DNA from: an uncultured delta proteobacterium
GTDB taxonomy: Bacteria; Desulfobacterota; Zymogenia; Zymogenales; Zymogenaceae
Direction of reading: 5' to 3'
NCBI GenBank assembly: GCA_963735595.1
Contig: CAVTLK010000001.1
Coordinates: forward strand, 672,001-736,000
DNA length: 64,000 bases
Position 1 is the stretch's first letter, and each line of letters opens with the position of its first letter. Position numbers and translations under genes: made by a program. A model generated the notes under the pieces. That model worked only from the letters and a program-made list of their open reading frames with translations, had not been told where the DNA came from and did not search any database. Below are positions 1 through 10,043 of this stretch, in pieces.

Positions 1-1117
1 CGCACCGAACGACGATCTCCCGGTCGTGGACAAGGAAGAAGTCGGCTATATCCGAGAGACTCGCCAGCGCGTCCTCGTTCCCGATGGCAATCGGCTCTCC
101 GGAGCGGTTCCCGCTCGTCATGACCAGGGGCGGCATGTCGGAATCAAAAAGGAGGTGCTGCAACGGGGTGTAGGGCAGCATAACGCCGAAAGTTCCCATC
201 CCCGGGGCAACGGACTGCGCGACGATAGTCTTTTCGGTGCGTGGCATAAGAACAATCGGCCGCCTGGCCGACGTCAAGAGCGCTTGTTCTTCGGGCGTAA
301 TCTCGACAATCCGGCGGGCCTCCCGGAGATCCCTGACCATGAGCGCGAACGGCTTTTCTTCTCGAAGCTTGCGCCGCCTGAGCCGCAGGACCGCTTCGTC
401 ATCGGTCGCGTCGACGGCCAGGTGAAATCCCCCGACACCCCGGATCGCCATGATCGAGCCGGAACGCAACAAGCGCGCCGCCTCGCCCACTGGATCGCCC
501 GTGTCAACGGGCACGCCGTCGCCCGTCAGCAGCAGCACCTTCGGCCCGCAACGGGCGCAGGCGTTCGGCTGGGCGTGGAACCGCCGGCTTGCGGGATCCT
601 CGTATTCGCTCCTGCAGTCCGGACAGAGATCAAATGCAGCCATCGAGGTCTTTTCCCGGTCATAGGGGATATCTTGAATGATGGTCAGACGGGGGCCGCA
701 GTCGGTACAGTTGATGAATGGATAATGGTAGCGGCGATCGCCGGGGTCAAAGAGCTCCTCGACGCACCGGTCGCACGTCGCGATGTCGGGGGGGATGTGC
801 AGGGCCGATTGCCCGGTCCTGCGGCTCGCTATGATGCGAAACTCGTCGGCCCCGACCGTCGGGATCGTTTCTTTTACGAGAGCCGGTGATCTCGGCCAGC
901 GGCGGGAGTTCCGTTTCGGACGGCGGAAAAGAAGGATGATACCGAAGGGGGTTGTCCTTCCAGCTCCACGACAACGCCGTCCGACGTGTTCTTTACGAAC
1001 CCCGCCAGTCCGAAGCGTACGGCGTATCCGATAGATAAAGGGACGAAAGCCCACTCCCTGCACCGTGCCGGAGAACAGGGACCTCACGCGAATACGATCG
1101 TCCGAATTGGTTAACAA
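1..1117 (-). CDS. hypF: Carbamoyltransferase HypF, N-terminal part (runs off the window; several apparent indels)
   Basis: Manual reverse-strand translation gives the acylphosphatase motif GTVQGVGFRPFIYR and the zinc fingers ATCDRC..YPFINCTDCGPR and LCPDC..RRFHAQPNACARCGP. It follows hypD. Confidence 0.93.
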   Translation of the reverse strand, partial: MLTNSDDRIRVRSLFSGTVQGVGFRPFIYRIRRTLRTGGVRKEHVGRRCRGAGRTTPFGIILLFRRPKRNSRRWPRSPALVKETIPTVGADEFRIIASRRTGQSALHIPPDIATCDRCVEELFDPGDRRYHYPFINCTDCGPRLTIIQDIPYDREKTSMAAFDLCPDCRSEYEDPASRRFHAQPNACARCGPKVLLLTGDGVPVDTGDPVGEAARLLRSGSIMAIRGVGGFHLAVDATDDEAVLRLRRRKLREEKPFALMVRDLREARRIVEITPEEQALLTSARRPIVLMPRTEKTIVAQSVAPGMGTFGVMLPYTPLQHLLFDSDMPPLVMTSGNRSGEPIAIGNEDALASLSDIADFFLVHDREIVVRC

Positions 1118-1124
1118 GCATCCA

Positions 1125-2226
1125 TCATTGGTACTTGTAATAGGCCGCGCAGGTTCCCTCCGCCGAGACCATGCAGGGGCCGAGGGGGTTTCGAGGGAAG
1201 CACGCCGAGCCGAAACCGCGGACATTCGGGTGGCGAGATGATCCCCTTGAGCACGTCTCCGCAGCGGCAGCCCGGCGTATCGTGAGACTCAACGGCCGGG
1301 ATGTCAAATCGCATCGACGCGTCAAATCCCCGATACTCCTTACGAAAGCCAAGGCCGCTTTTCGGTATCATCCCGAGGCCCCGCCAGATGCGAGTCGGCC
1401 AGCTCGAAGACCTCGTATGAGGATCCTGCGGGCCGCCGCTATTGCCCTCTTCCTTGACGCGCGCGCCGATACTGAATCTCGGTCTTTACGTCTCCCGGAG
1501 ATGATCTGTTCCAGGATCATCAGATCCCTTCGAGGATGTCCACCGGCTCAAAACCGGTGATCACTCCCGCCCGGCCGCTTTCGGGCGATGATGCGAATAG
1601 GCGGCCGTCCCGAGGATCGTGCTCACGTGCCCGGGAAGCATGAAACCGTCCACGGAGATCAGGGGATCGGAAAGGAGTGCATCGATTGCCGGGGGGATAA
1701 CTTTATGAACGGAAAACACCGCGAGATTGGAAATGGAGCATGACACTGGCGGTCTTGACGACCGACGCCGCCGCCGGCGACGTCGTCTCGAATCCGATCC
1801 CCATGAAGACGATCTGCCGGTCCGGGATTGTTTTTGCGCCAGCGTCCAGACACTCCACCGCGGAATCGACGACCCTGACGTCCGCACCGTCGGCCCGCTC
1901 CTTTTCCAGCGACCGCCGTTCCGGTGCCGGGCACCCGGAGCATGTCGCCGAAGGAGGCAAATATGACGCCGGGCTGACGGGCCAGGAACAGCGCCGCGTC
2001 GACGTCCTGCACGGCAGGTCACGCAGACCGGACAGCCGGGTCCCGAAATAAGCCGGATGTTTTCGGGGAGCAGTCCCCGTATGCCGAAACGGCCGATGGC
2101 GTTGGTGTGGCTTCCGCAGACCTCCATAATGGTGATCGACCGGGTTAGCCGTCCCGCCCGTTTTCTGACTGCGGCCAGAAGCCCGTTAAAAAGCTTCGGG
2201 TCCCGATACTCGTCAATAAACTTCAT
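1125..2226 (-). CDS. hypD: Hydrogenase maturation protein HypD (frameshifted over several ORFs)
   Basis: MKFIDEYRD start, IMEVCGSHT, GPGCPVCVT, GIGFETT, GFMLPGHVS, GCRCGDVLKG and C-terminal PLGPCMVSAEGTCAAYYKY. Confidence 0.95.
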
Positions 2227-2440
2227 GTTCGGTAAGCTCCCGAAGCAGCGCAAGCTTCTCCCTGGCGAGCTCCTCATCGACCTTATGAATCGCGAAGCCC
2301 GCGTGACAGATGACGTAATCCCCGATCGTGACCTCTTCATCGATCAGGTCCAGAAAGGCCTCGCGCCGAGTCCCTTCGATATCGATAATCGCCCGATTAT
2401 CGTCGATGGAGATGATTTTCCCGGGAAATGCAATGCACAT
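2213..2440 (-). CDS. hypC: Hydrogenase assembly chaperone HypC
   Basis: MCIAFPGKI start and GDYVICHAGFAI motif; 75 aa. Confidence 0.96.
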   Translation of the reverse strand: MCIAFPGKIISIDDNRAIIDIEGTRREAFLDLIDEEVTIGDYVICHAGFAIHKVDEELAREKLALLRELTEHEVY

Positions 2441-2442
2441 TG

Positions 2443-2800
2443 CTACTCCTCTTGTTCCACTTCCATTTCGATGAGCTTCAGGTCTTCCGTGCCCCCTACC
2501 AGAAGCACCGAAGGATCACCGCATGAGGGGCACGATGAGTATCCCCTGATAGTCGATGTCATATTCCTTCCGACAGGAAGACACGAAATGACGACCGGAG
2601 TGATCTCGAAGGAAAGAACGGCCCCTTCGGCCCGGGTTCCCCGGGCCATCGCCTCAAACGCCGTCTCCAGGGCGTCCGGCTGGATGCACGACATCCTGCC
2701 GAACGAAAGCGTGATCCTGTCCGACTTTTGCCGCGTTGTTTTTTTCGGCGTGTTCAAGGGCGATCTCAAGGACCGACTGCGCCAGGCTCAGTTCGTGCAT
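2443..2800 (-). CDS. hypA: Hydrogenase nickel metallochaperone HypA (frameshifted)
   Basis: MHELSLAQSVLE start at 2800 after a GGAGG RBS; C-terminal CPSCG..GGTEDLKLIEMEVE. Confidence 0.9.
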
Positions 2801-3313
2801 TCCGGCCTCCTGACGGGTTTTACCGAGAGGGCCGCCAACTCCTCCAGCAGCAACCGCTCAATATCCGAAAATCGCTCGACCAACAGATCCGAAATCCTTA
2901 CTTCCATTGTATCATATTTCTCCGGCACGACGGTGATAAAAGTAACCGGCGGGCATTGATCCAAAAGATCGGCCATGGCAAGGACGTCCAGGAACTCCAC
3001 CTCGTGGGCCGACGTGGGTGCGTGGCAGATAGAGCGACATCTCTTCTTTCGTGAATCGGTATAGTGAGCCCGGCGTATCGTCGATCCTGATCGCATCGAT
3101 GACGATGAGATGCCCGGCGCCGGTGACGATATCCAGGAGACCCAGGCCCGCCGTCCCCCCGTCCACCAGCGAGACGGTATCCGGCAGTATATACCGATCC
3201 GAAAACCAGGCGATAAATCGGACCCCGAATCCGTCGTCCCCGACGAGGAGGTTGCCGAGTCCCAGTATGGTGATAGTTTTGTTTTGTTCATCGGCATGTA
3301 CGTAAAAAGACAA
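2788..3313 (-). CDS. Hydrogenase maturation endopeptidase (HyaD/HybD family), frameshifted; start uncertain
   Basis: ILGLGNLLVGDDGFG, VDGGTAG, IVIDAI and SAHEV motifs are spread over two overlapping ORFs. Confidence 0.92.
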
Positions 3314-3320
3314 GGTCGCA

Positions 3321-3356
3321 TAATAACAAAGTCCTCGCCGAAAAGCGAGGACTTTG
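3321..3356 (-). terminator. Hairpin/likely intrinsic terminator between hydrogenase structural and maturation genes
   Basis: Minus strand CAAAGTCCTCGC-TTTTCG-GCGAGGACTTTG followed by TTATTA. A second hairpin (GAGGGGAGA..TCTCCCCTC) lies at about 3367-3393. Confidence 0.6.
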
Positions 3357-3416
3357 CGAGATTTGTGAGGGGAGAGGATCCTTCTCCCCTCTCATTTCTT
3401 GAACAGGCGAGCCGAT

Positions 3417-4108
3417 TCAGTGCTCTTTGGCCTTAAAGACCATGCCGTTTATCATCGAGGAGACGGTGCCTTCCTTGAAGACGATGTCGTACCAGAAGGC
3501 CATATAAATGTGCACGATGATAAACAGGACAAAGAGCCAGGTCAGGATATGGTGGACGTAGCGCACCATCGCCAGCCCCCCCATGCAGACGCTCGACGGG
3601 GGTCAGTATCCAGGCGTAAGGCCCAGCAGCCCGTGATCGTATCCCGCCCCGGTGAGGATGAGTCCCGTAATGACGATGAGAAAGATCATCACGAAGAGCC
3701 CCATGTAGGACAGCGCCTGCAGCGGCCCGTACAGGTAGACGTGCTCCGGGCGCTCGTTGGACACGAGTAGGTAGAACTTGATCTGTTTAATGAAGTTCTT
3801 CCAATCGGTGATCGCGAGGAAGTTCTTCCAGTTGGCGTGAAACCTCTCGAAAGAACCCCATGTACATTCTCCAGACGAACAGTATCGTGAGGATCACGCC
3901 GAACAGGAGGTGATAGTACCGCATCTCCCCCATGAGGAACTTATGCACCGTCTCTCCGGACGACACCGAGAAACGGATCGGCGATATACCAGCCGGTTAC
4001 GATAAGGAAGAAGATGGAGATCGCCATGGCCCAGTGGTGCACGCGGATTGGCACCGTCCATTCCCTGACGGGTGTCCTCTTTTCCATGGCCGTATCTTTA
4101 TTTTCCAT
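3417..4108 (-). CDS. Ni/Fe-hydrogenase b-type cytochrome subunit (frameshifted; missing from the ORF track)
   Basis: Manual translation: MENKD..WTVPIRVHHWAMAISIFFLIVTGWYI, MRYYHLLFG, YGPLQALSY, VRYVHHILTWLFVLFIIVHIYMAFW..SSMINGMVFKAKEH*. It follows the large subunit directly. Confidence 0.92.
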
Positions 4109-4119
4109 GGCGGACTCCT

Positions 4120-5790
4120 TTACAATACTTTGAACTTCTTGATCTCGTTAGTCCTCGGGTCAATGATGTGGACGGCGCAGGCCATGCACGGATCAAACGA
4201 GTGGATCGTCCTGATGATCTCCAGCGGCTGATCAACGTTGGCAAGGCGAGTCCCGATCAGCGATTCTTCGTACGGCCCCCTGAGGCCGGCCGCATCCCTC
4301 GGCGAGCAGTTCCACGTCGAGGGAACGACCGCCTGGTAGTTTTCGATGACCTTGTTCTTGATCTTGATCCAGTGGCCCAGCGACCCGCGCGGCGCCTCTT
4401 TCATGCCGCGCCCTTGCGCCTCCTCGGGAACATCGCAGCGGGTCCACGTCCTGGTATCGCCGGACTTGATGTTGGTCACCAGCTCGTTGACCCAGGCCTC
4501 AGTATTGTCGGCGATGAGCTTGGTCTCGAGTGCCCGCGCGGCAGTCCTTCCAAGGGTTGAAAAGAGGACCGTGACCGGCAGTCCCGTGGCCTTGAGGGTG
4601 GAGTCGACCAGGTCCTTGATCTTCTGATCGCCCGTGGCATATCCGATGATGAAGCGTGCCAGCGGCCCCACCTCATAGGGGAGACCGTCGTACCGGGGCG
4701 CCTTGCACCAGGTATACTTCTCGTCGGCCTTGACGTGTCCGGACTCGTCGTAGTCGGTATAATTCGGTTCGGTTGACCCATCGTACGGGTGCAGCGGCTG
4801 GCCGTCCGTGTACCAGGAGTGCGTAACGTCCTCGGTGATCTTGGTCTCGTCAAGCTTCTCGACGTTTGCAAGGTCCCGGTTCTTGATGACGCCGGGCTGG
4901 AAGAACGTCGTGGTGTAGTCGTCGTCGAGGTTGATCCCCCCGTAGGAGAGGTAGTTCTTGACTCCGCCGCCGATCCCGGCCAAACCCTCGTCCTTGTAGT
5001 AGGTGGCCGCCAGCAGGACGTCCGGGATATACGCGGTCTCGACGAAGTTCCTCATCTCCTTGAGCCGGAAGAGATACTCGCCGATTCGGTAGGCGTCCAG
5101 CGTATCCATTACCGAGGTAACGCCGCCGGCAACCAGCGTCTGCGGGTGGGGGTTCTTGCCGCCGAAGATCGCCATCATCTGGGCGCCGACCTTTGAGACG
5201 GCCAGGGCGTCCAGGTAATGGGATACGATAATAAGGTTTGCCTCCGCGGGCAGCTTGTAGGAGGGGCTTCCCCAGTAGCCGTTGGCAAAGGGCCCTAACC
5301 GGCCCGATTCAACGAATTTTTTCAGCCGTTCCTGGACGGACTTATAGTGGGATGCGGAGGAATTGTACGGGTTGTCGCAATAGGCGCGCGCCATATCCTC
5401 GGCCCTCCGGGGGTCCGCCCCCAGGGCCGAAACGACGTCCACCCAGTCAAGACCGTGCAGGTGATAGAAATGCATGATGTGGTCGGTTATGTAGAGAGAT
5501 GCATTGATGAGGTTTCTCACGATACGGGCGTTCGTGGGCGGCTTGACCCCGAATGCGTCTTCCACTGCCAATATCGAGGCCTCATAATGGGAATAGGTGC
5601 AGACCCCGCAGAACCGCTGGGTCATGAGCCCCGCGTCCCGGGGGTCTCTCCCCTTGAGGATAGTCTCGATGCCCCGCCAGAGGGTGATGGTAGACCAGGC
5701 GTCCTTTACGGTATTACCCTCCAGCTCGACCTCTATGCGTAAATGTCCTTCAATCCGGGTAATCGGATCGATTATTATTTTCTGAGCCAT
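4120..5790 (-). CDS. [NiFe]-hydrogenase large subunit, group 1 (probably 1b)
   Basis: DPITRIEGHLRIEV, L1 motif QRFCGVCTYSH, L2 motif SFDPCMACAVH plus a cleavable C-terminal tail. Ligands are all Cys (no Sec). Confidence 0.97.
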   Translation of the reverse strand: MAQKIIIDPITRIEGHLRIEVELEGNTVKDAWSTITLWRGIETILKGRDPRDAGLMTQRFCGVCTYSHYEASILAVEDAFGVKPPTNARIVRNLINASLYITDHIMHFYHLHGLDWVDVVSALGADPRRAEDMARAYCDNPYNSSASHYKSVQERLKKFVESGRLGPFANGYWGSPSYKLPAEANLIIVSHYLDALAVSKVGAQMMAIFGGKNPHPQTLVAGGVTSVMDTLDAYRIGEYLFRLKEMRNFVETAYIPDVLLAATYYKDEGLAGIGGGVKNYLSYGGINLDDDYTTTFFQPGVIKNRDLANVEKLDETKITEDVTHSWYTDGQPLHPYDGSTEPNYTDYDESGHVKADEKYTWCKAPRYDGLPYEVGPLARFIIGYATGDQKIKDLVDSTLKATGLPVTVLFSTLGRTAARALETKLIADNTEAWVNELVTNIKSGDTRTWTRCDVPEEAQGRGMKEAPRGSLGHWIKIKNKVIENYQAVVPSTWNCSPRDAAGLRGPYEESLIGTRLANVDQPLEIIRTIHSFDPCMACAVHIIDPRTNEIKKFKVL

Positions 5791-5815
5791 TCTCACTCTC
5801 CTTTATGATGGCCTG

Positions 5816-7027
5816 CTACTTTTTTTCGGCTTTCTTCTTCTTGTCGTCTTCCGGGCCGTGGCGCTTGATGGCCGAAGCCGCTGCATGGGCGGCAACGCCG
5901 GCCACCGTGAGGCCCGCCAGGGTCGCGAAGACCGTGTTGACAGTGGACTCAACCCCCTTTACGCCGATCGCCCCATCGGATATCGGTTTTTCGAGGGGGG
6001 CCATCGTATCCCAGAAGGCCGGCTCGTAGCATCCCATACAGCCGTGACCGGCCATGATCGGCCACGAGGTGCCGTCGTTATAGCGGACCTTGCCGCAGTT
6101 CGCATAGGTGTAGGGGCCCTTGCACCCCATCTTATAGAGGCACCAGCCCCGCTTTGCGCCGGCGTCGCCCCATTCCTCGACATACTCGCCGGCGTCGTAG
6201 TGGGAGCGCCGCTCGCAGTAGTCGTGAATACGCTTTCCGTAGGCAAACAGCGGCCTGCCGAGGGAATCGGTGGCCGGCAGCGCCCCGAACATCAGGAAAT
6301 GGAGAACGGTCCCGACGAAGTTTACCGGGTTGGGGGGGCATCCCGCGATGTTGATCGTCCTGATCCCGAGGGAGTCCCGAATGCCCTTGGCATCCGTCGG
6401 GTTGGGCTTGGCAGCCTGGATGTTACCGAAGGAAGAGCAGCTCCCGATGCAGATGACGGCGGCGGCCTTCGAGGCCGCTTCCTTGCCGATCTCTTTTCCG
6501 GTTTTCCCCTCGCTCCCGATCCTCAGGTACTTGCCGTCCAGACCCTCGGGGATGGCACCCTCGATGACCAGCACGTACTGCCCCTCGAAATCGGCCATGG
6601 CCTTCGTGAGGTTTTCCTCGGCCTGCTTGCCGGAAGCGGCCATCAGGGTCTCGTGGTACTCCAGGGAGATCGTGTCCAGGAGAATGTCATCGACGTTCGG
6701 ATAGGACGTGCGCAGGAATGCCTCGCTGCACCCGGTGCACTCGGCGAAGTTAAGCCAGATGACCGGCAGCCGGCTGAAGTTCTCCGCCGCGCGCGCCACC
6801 ATGGGGCGGAACATCGGCGGGAGCATCATGACGCCGGTTATGAACGACGTCCACTTGACGAACTCCCTGCGTGAGACCCCCCGCGCCTTGAGGCTTTCCT
6901 GAAGACTCTCTCTCGGTTCGGGCAATGTCTCTTCAATTTGATCCAGTTGGACCTGACAGTACTCCATTAATTCCCGGTACTGCTTTTCTACCGTCCGGCG
7001 GTGGCCGGAGCCGTTTGTGCCGCCCAT
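5816..7027 (-). CDS. [NiFe]-hydrogenase small subunit with Tat signal and C-terminal membrane anchor
   Basis: SRREFVK twin-Arg motif, ECTGCSE, GCPPNP, HDYCERR, CLYKMGCKGP, GHGCMGC and a hydrophobic tail with His. AAAGGAGG RBS precedes the ATG at 7027. Confidence 0.97.
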   Translation of the reverse strand: MGGTNGSGHRRTVEKQYRELMEYCQVQLDQIEETLPEPRESLQESLKARGVSRREFVKWTSFITGVMMLPPMFRPMVARAAENFSRLPVIWLNFAECTGCSEAFLRTSYPNVDDILLDTISLEYHETLMAASGKQAEENLTKAMADFEGQYVLVIEGAIPEGLDGKYLRIGSEGKTGKEIGKEAASKAAAVICIGSCSSFGNIQAAKPNPTDAKGIRDSLGIRTINIAGCPPNPVNFVGTVLHFLMFGALPATDSLGRPLFAYGKRIHDYCERRSHYDAGEYVEEWGDAGAKRGWCLYKMGCKGPYTYANCGKVRYNDGTSWPIMAGHGCMGCYEPAFWDTMAPLEKPISDGAIGVKGVESTVNTVFATLAGLTVAGVAAHAAASAIKRHGPEDDKKKKAEKK

Positions 7028-7350
7028 AATGCCTCCTTTCAATAGATCATCTGGTCTCTGTAGGAAACTACTCGGTATAATCAATTAGATCGGCGCGCAA
7101 TCCTTCCGCCCCGCTTTCTGTACGGATTATCGATGCTCATTGGACATCGATGCCGGCAGGGAGCCGATTGCCCGGCTTCGTATCGAGCGGGTCTCGATAA
7201 TCGTGATGCCGACAACAAAGCACTCCGACCTGATGAGATCCGCTGTCAGTTCGCCGCTAAGATAAAACCGGTGTTTTGGGAAGGATACGCGATGCGCAAG
7301 GGTAAGATTCCGGGAAGATGACATGGGCACGTCATCCCGATCCTGCGCCG

Positions 7351-7493
7351 TTCTCCTTTCCAAACACGGGAGGCATGGGCGTTTCCGTCCATACCCTATC
7401 GTCCCTGTTCCATCGGCGGAGGGGAAAGGATTGCCTTTTCGTGGCCGTAAATCCCTTCCCGACCCGTACCATTAGGGCACAGGGATCGGAGAA
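7351..7493 (-). ncRNA. Moco/Wco riboswitch aptamer (P3-less, tungsten-cofactor-type architecture) in the hydrogenase leader
   Basis: Minus strand: P1 TTCTCC/GGAGAA; CCGA; P2 TCCCTGT..CCTAA..GATGG..ACAGGGA with an inserted hairpin; P4 AGGGTATGGACG-GAAA-CGCCCATGCCT; P5 and 3' end CCCGTGTTTGGAAAGGAG. This matches the remembered Moco motif consensus GCCTCCCG..TTTGGAAAGG. Confidence 0.88.
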
Positions 7494-7502
7494 AGCAGGT
7501 TA

Positions 7503-7531
7503 TTTATAGTGCAACCGCATAAAGATGTCAA
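7503..7531 (-). promoter_or_regulatory. Sigma70-type promoter for the hydrogenase operon
   Basis: TTGACA-17 nt-TATAAA; predicted start site near 7496, just 5' of the aptamer. Confidence 0.75.
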
Positions 7532-7684
7532 GGTTTTTTGATGGGCGGGTAGATGAAAAGAAGCGATAGGGGATAGCCCCACAATAGCGCTGTTATCCCG
7601 CTACCCATAACATGACAGCGGGCGGAAGTGAGGAGAGCGGCTAGCCGGCATCGGCCGCGTGCTGTCCTGCCGGAACGTACTCTA

Positions 7685-8534
7685 TTATGTATCGATTGCC
7701 AGGACGCTCACCAGGTCGACCGTGTCCCGGATATATCCCTCCCGTTTCGCAACGATATCAAGGCGGATGGTCGTAAGGTCCTCAAGTCTCGGGAAGGGCG
7801 TCGGCCTTTCTTTCGAGTCGACCGATTTCAGGTAGTGCTTACAGGTATCGCAGACATATACCCGGTGGGCGGGGTCGTTTTCAACCGTGAAATATCGTGT
7901 CTTTTCCCGCCCGGCTTCACCACAAAACGGACAGGTCAACCGGCGGAAGTTCCACCGCGTCAAACATCGGCCGCAGGAGAGCGTGAGACGTGCCGTCCTC
8001 TCCCTCGATGAGCGAAAGGTGCGGGGCGGCGCCGCACACGGGGCAGTAGGAGGCCGCCCACTTGTCCAGCAATCCGGTTCGCTCAAAGCTCTCCTTAATC
8101 GGATTAAGGAGATACCGCAGCGTCTCGTTTGCCGCCAGAAGCGCTACCGGACGCGAGCCCCCGAATCCCTCCGGAAAGAGATATTCCTGGCTCAGCACCC
8201 CGCTCAGCAGCGCCCGGAAGGCCTGCCGATCGCCGTAAAACCCGACGATTTCCTCGGCGCCTTTCTGATCCTTTTCGAGCACGACGGTTACCAGCCGGGC
8301 AAACCGCTTCCCGAGCCTTTCGACATCGTCAGGAATCAGCCGCACGTCGGCCAGAGGGAATCCGTCGGACAACCGGCCTGAATCCGGAGGGGCGTCCGCT
8401 TGCCTCTGCGTCCCCGTCTCTTCTCCGCCGATTCGCACAAAACCCGTCAGGATTGCCAGAAGCGGCTCGATTTTCGGGTCATTACTCATCGCCCGTTTAA
8501 TGGCGGCGATTTCGGGGTCTTTCATGTATGCCAT
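7685..8534 (-). CDS. fdhE: Formate dehydrogenase accessory protein FdhE (frameshifted)
   Basis: CPVCG..P, CGRCLTRW, CPFCG and CDTCKHYLK motifs, plus EDLTTIRLD; downstream of the gamma subunit. Confidence 0.88.
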
Positions 8535-8599
8535 TCCCCATAATGATTGGGGCGGCCGTACGGCCGCCCCTTCAATGATAGATCGGGTTTTCGGCTCAC

Positions 8600-9238
8600 T
8601 TAAGCCTTTGACTTTCGGGTTTCCTTGACGATCTTTTCCCGGTAGTAGCCGGGCATATGGGTCTTGGCCCACGCCTCGGTCACCTTGCCGTCCGTCATGA
8701 CCGGCAGGCTGCCCGTCGTGCCGACGGTGCCGAGATAGATGTGCACCATCGAAAACCCGCCCATGACGGCAACACCGAGGGCATGAAAGACCACCGTCCA
8801 CCGCATGAGCGGAGCCCAGATGAGGCCCTTTCCGAACCAGAGCAGTAACCCCGTGGCAATCATTACGGCGCCGTAGAGTGCCACCGTAATAAAGAACAGC
8901 TTCTGGCCCGCGTTGTACTTATACGGCTCGGGTATTTTCGCCTTCCAGAGGTAACCGCCCGCCGCCTTCATCCACTCGATATCTGTCTTGTCGATGTAGC
9001 CCGCTTCTTTATACCAGTGACGCACGGCAAAGACAAGGGCAATCGTGAAGACAAGGCCGATAAACCGGTGGTAGTCCTTGACCGCCCGGTAACCGCCGAG
9101 CATTTCGGCAAGGGGGGCAAACGCGTTGACGGCGATTATCAGACCGGTAAAGACCAGGGCCAGACACGTCCCCGCCAGAACCCAGTGGATTACCCGCTCG
9201 TAGGGGGTCGATGCGATAACGACTTTTTGCCCAGCCAT
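8600..9238 (-). CDS. fdnI: Formate dehydrogenase cytochrome b (gamma) subunit
   Basis: ERVIHW, YHRFIG, KYNAGQK, HALG, VHIY..MTDGKVTEAWAKTH; four TM helices. Confidence 0.93.
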   Translation of the reverse strand: MAGQKVVIASTPYERVIHWVLAGTCLALVFTGLIIAVNAFAPLAEMLGGYRAVKDYHRFIGLVFTIALVFAVRHWYKEAGYIDKTDIEWMKAAGGYLWKAKIPEPYKYNAGQKLFFITVALYGAVMIATGLLLWFGKGLIWAPLMRWTVVFHALGVAVMGGFSMVHIYLGTVGTTGSLPVMTDGKVTEAWAKTHMPGYYREKIVKETRKSKA

Positions 9239-9239
9239 G

Positions 9240-10043
9240 CTACTTACCTCCCTCTTCCTTGGGATGCTTCGGTCCCTTGATCATATAGTGAAGGAGCGCC
9301 CCCCGATGACGCCTCCGATTGACAGGAGTCCGAGCGGTTTGGCGATGTTTCTCCAGAGTTTTACGGTTATCGGGACGTGCGGCGAGACCGGGAGCTTCGC
9401 GTAGAGCTTTTCCTGCTCGGTCAGCACGTACATGACGTGGGTCCCATCGACGTAGTCCCTACCGTACAGGGAGGCCGCCAGACCTTTTTCGACAAGTTGG
9501 GCCACCCGCTGCTCTCCCTTGTCGATCATCTGCTCTTTGAGGCCGAAGCTGAGGCACCCGGTGGGGCATGCCTTGACGCAGGCCGGAATCATTCCGTTGG
9601 TGATTCTATCCTCGCAAAGGGTGCACTTATACGTCACCTTCGTCTCTGAGTCGTAGCGCGGTATACCGAACGGACAGGCAATGACGCAGTACTTGCAGCC
9701 GATGCAGAGGTCCCGGTTGAGCCTGACGGCCCCTTTCTCCCCGTACGTGAGGGCGCCGGAAGGGCAGACCCGCACGCAGGAGGCGTCGGTGCAGTGAAAG
9801 CACCCGTCCTTGCGGAAAATCCAGTCGACACTGCCGTCCTCTTTTTCACGCTCCTGGAAGCGGATGAGCGTCCAGGTGTTGTGTTGAAGGTCGGGAGGGT
9901 TTTGGTGGCTTCCCCAATTTGTTGTCTGGGCGCCCGGCTGTGAATTCCAGTTCTTGCAGGCAACCTGACAACCGCGGCATCCCGTGCACTTTGGAGAGGT
10001 CGATGAGTTTGACCATCTCTTCCTTTATCTTTGTCGCTGCCAT
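9240..10043 (-). CDS. fdnH: Formate dehydrogenase iron-sulfur (beta) subunit with C-terminal TM anchor (frameshifted)
   Basis: GCRGCQVACKNWN, GCFHCTDASCVRVCP, CIGCKYCVIACPFG, KCTLCEDR..PACVKACPTG, GTHVMYVL. Confidence 0.93.

Noticed and set aside
7127..7363. 78-aa ORF MERRTAQ in the hydrogenase leader
   Set aside because: It starts at a TTG inside the conserved aptamer P5/P1 sequence, has no RBS and shows no recognisable protein features.
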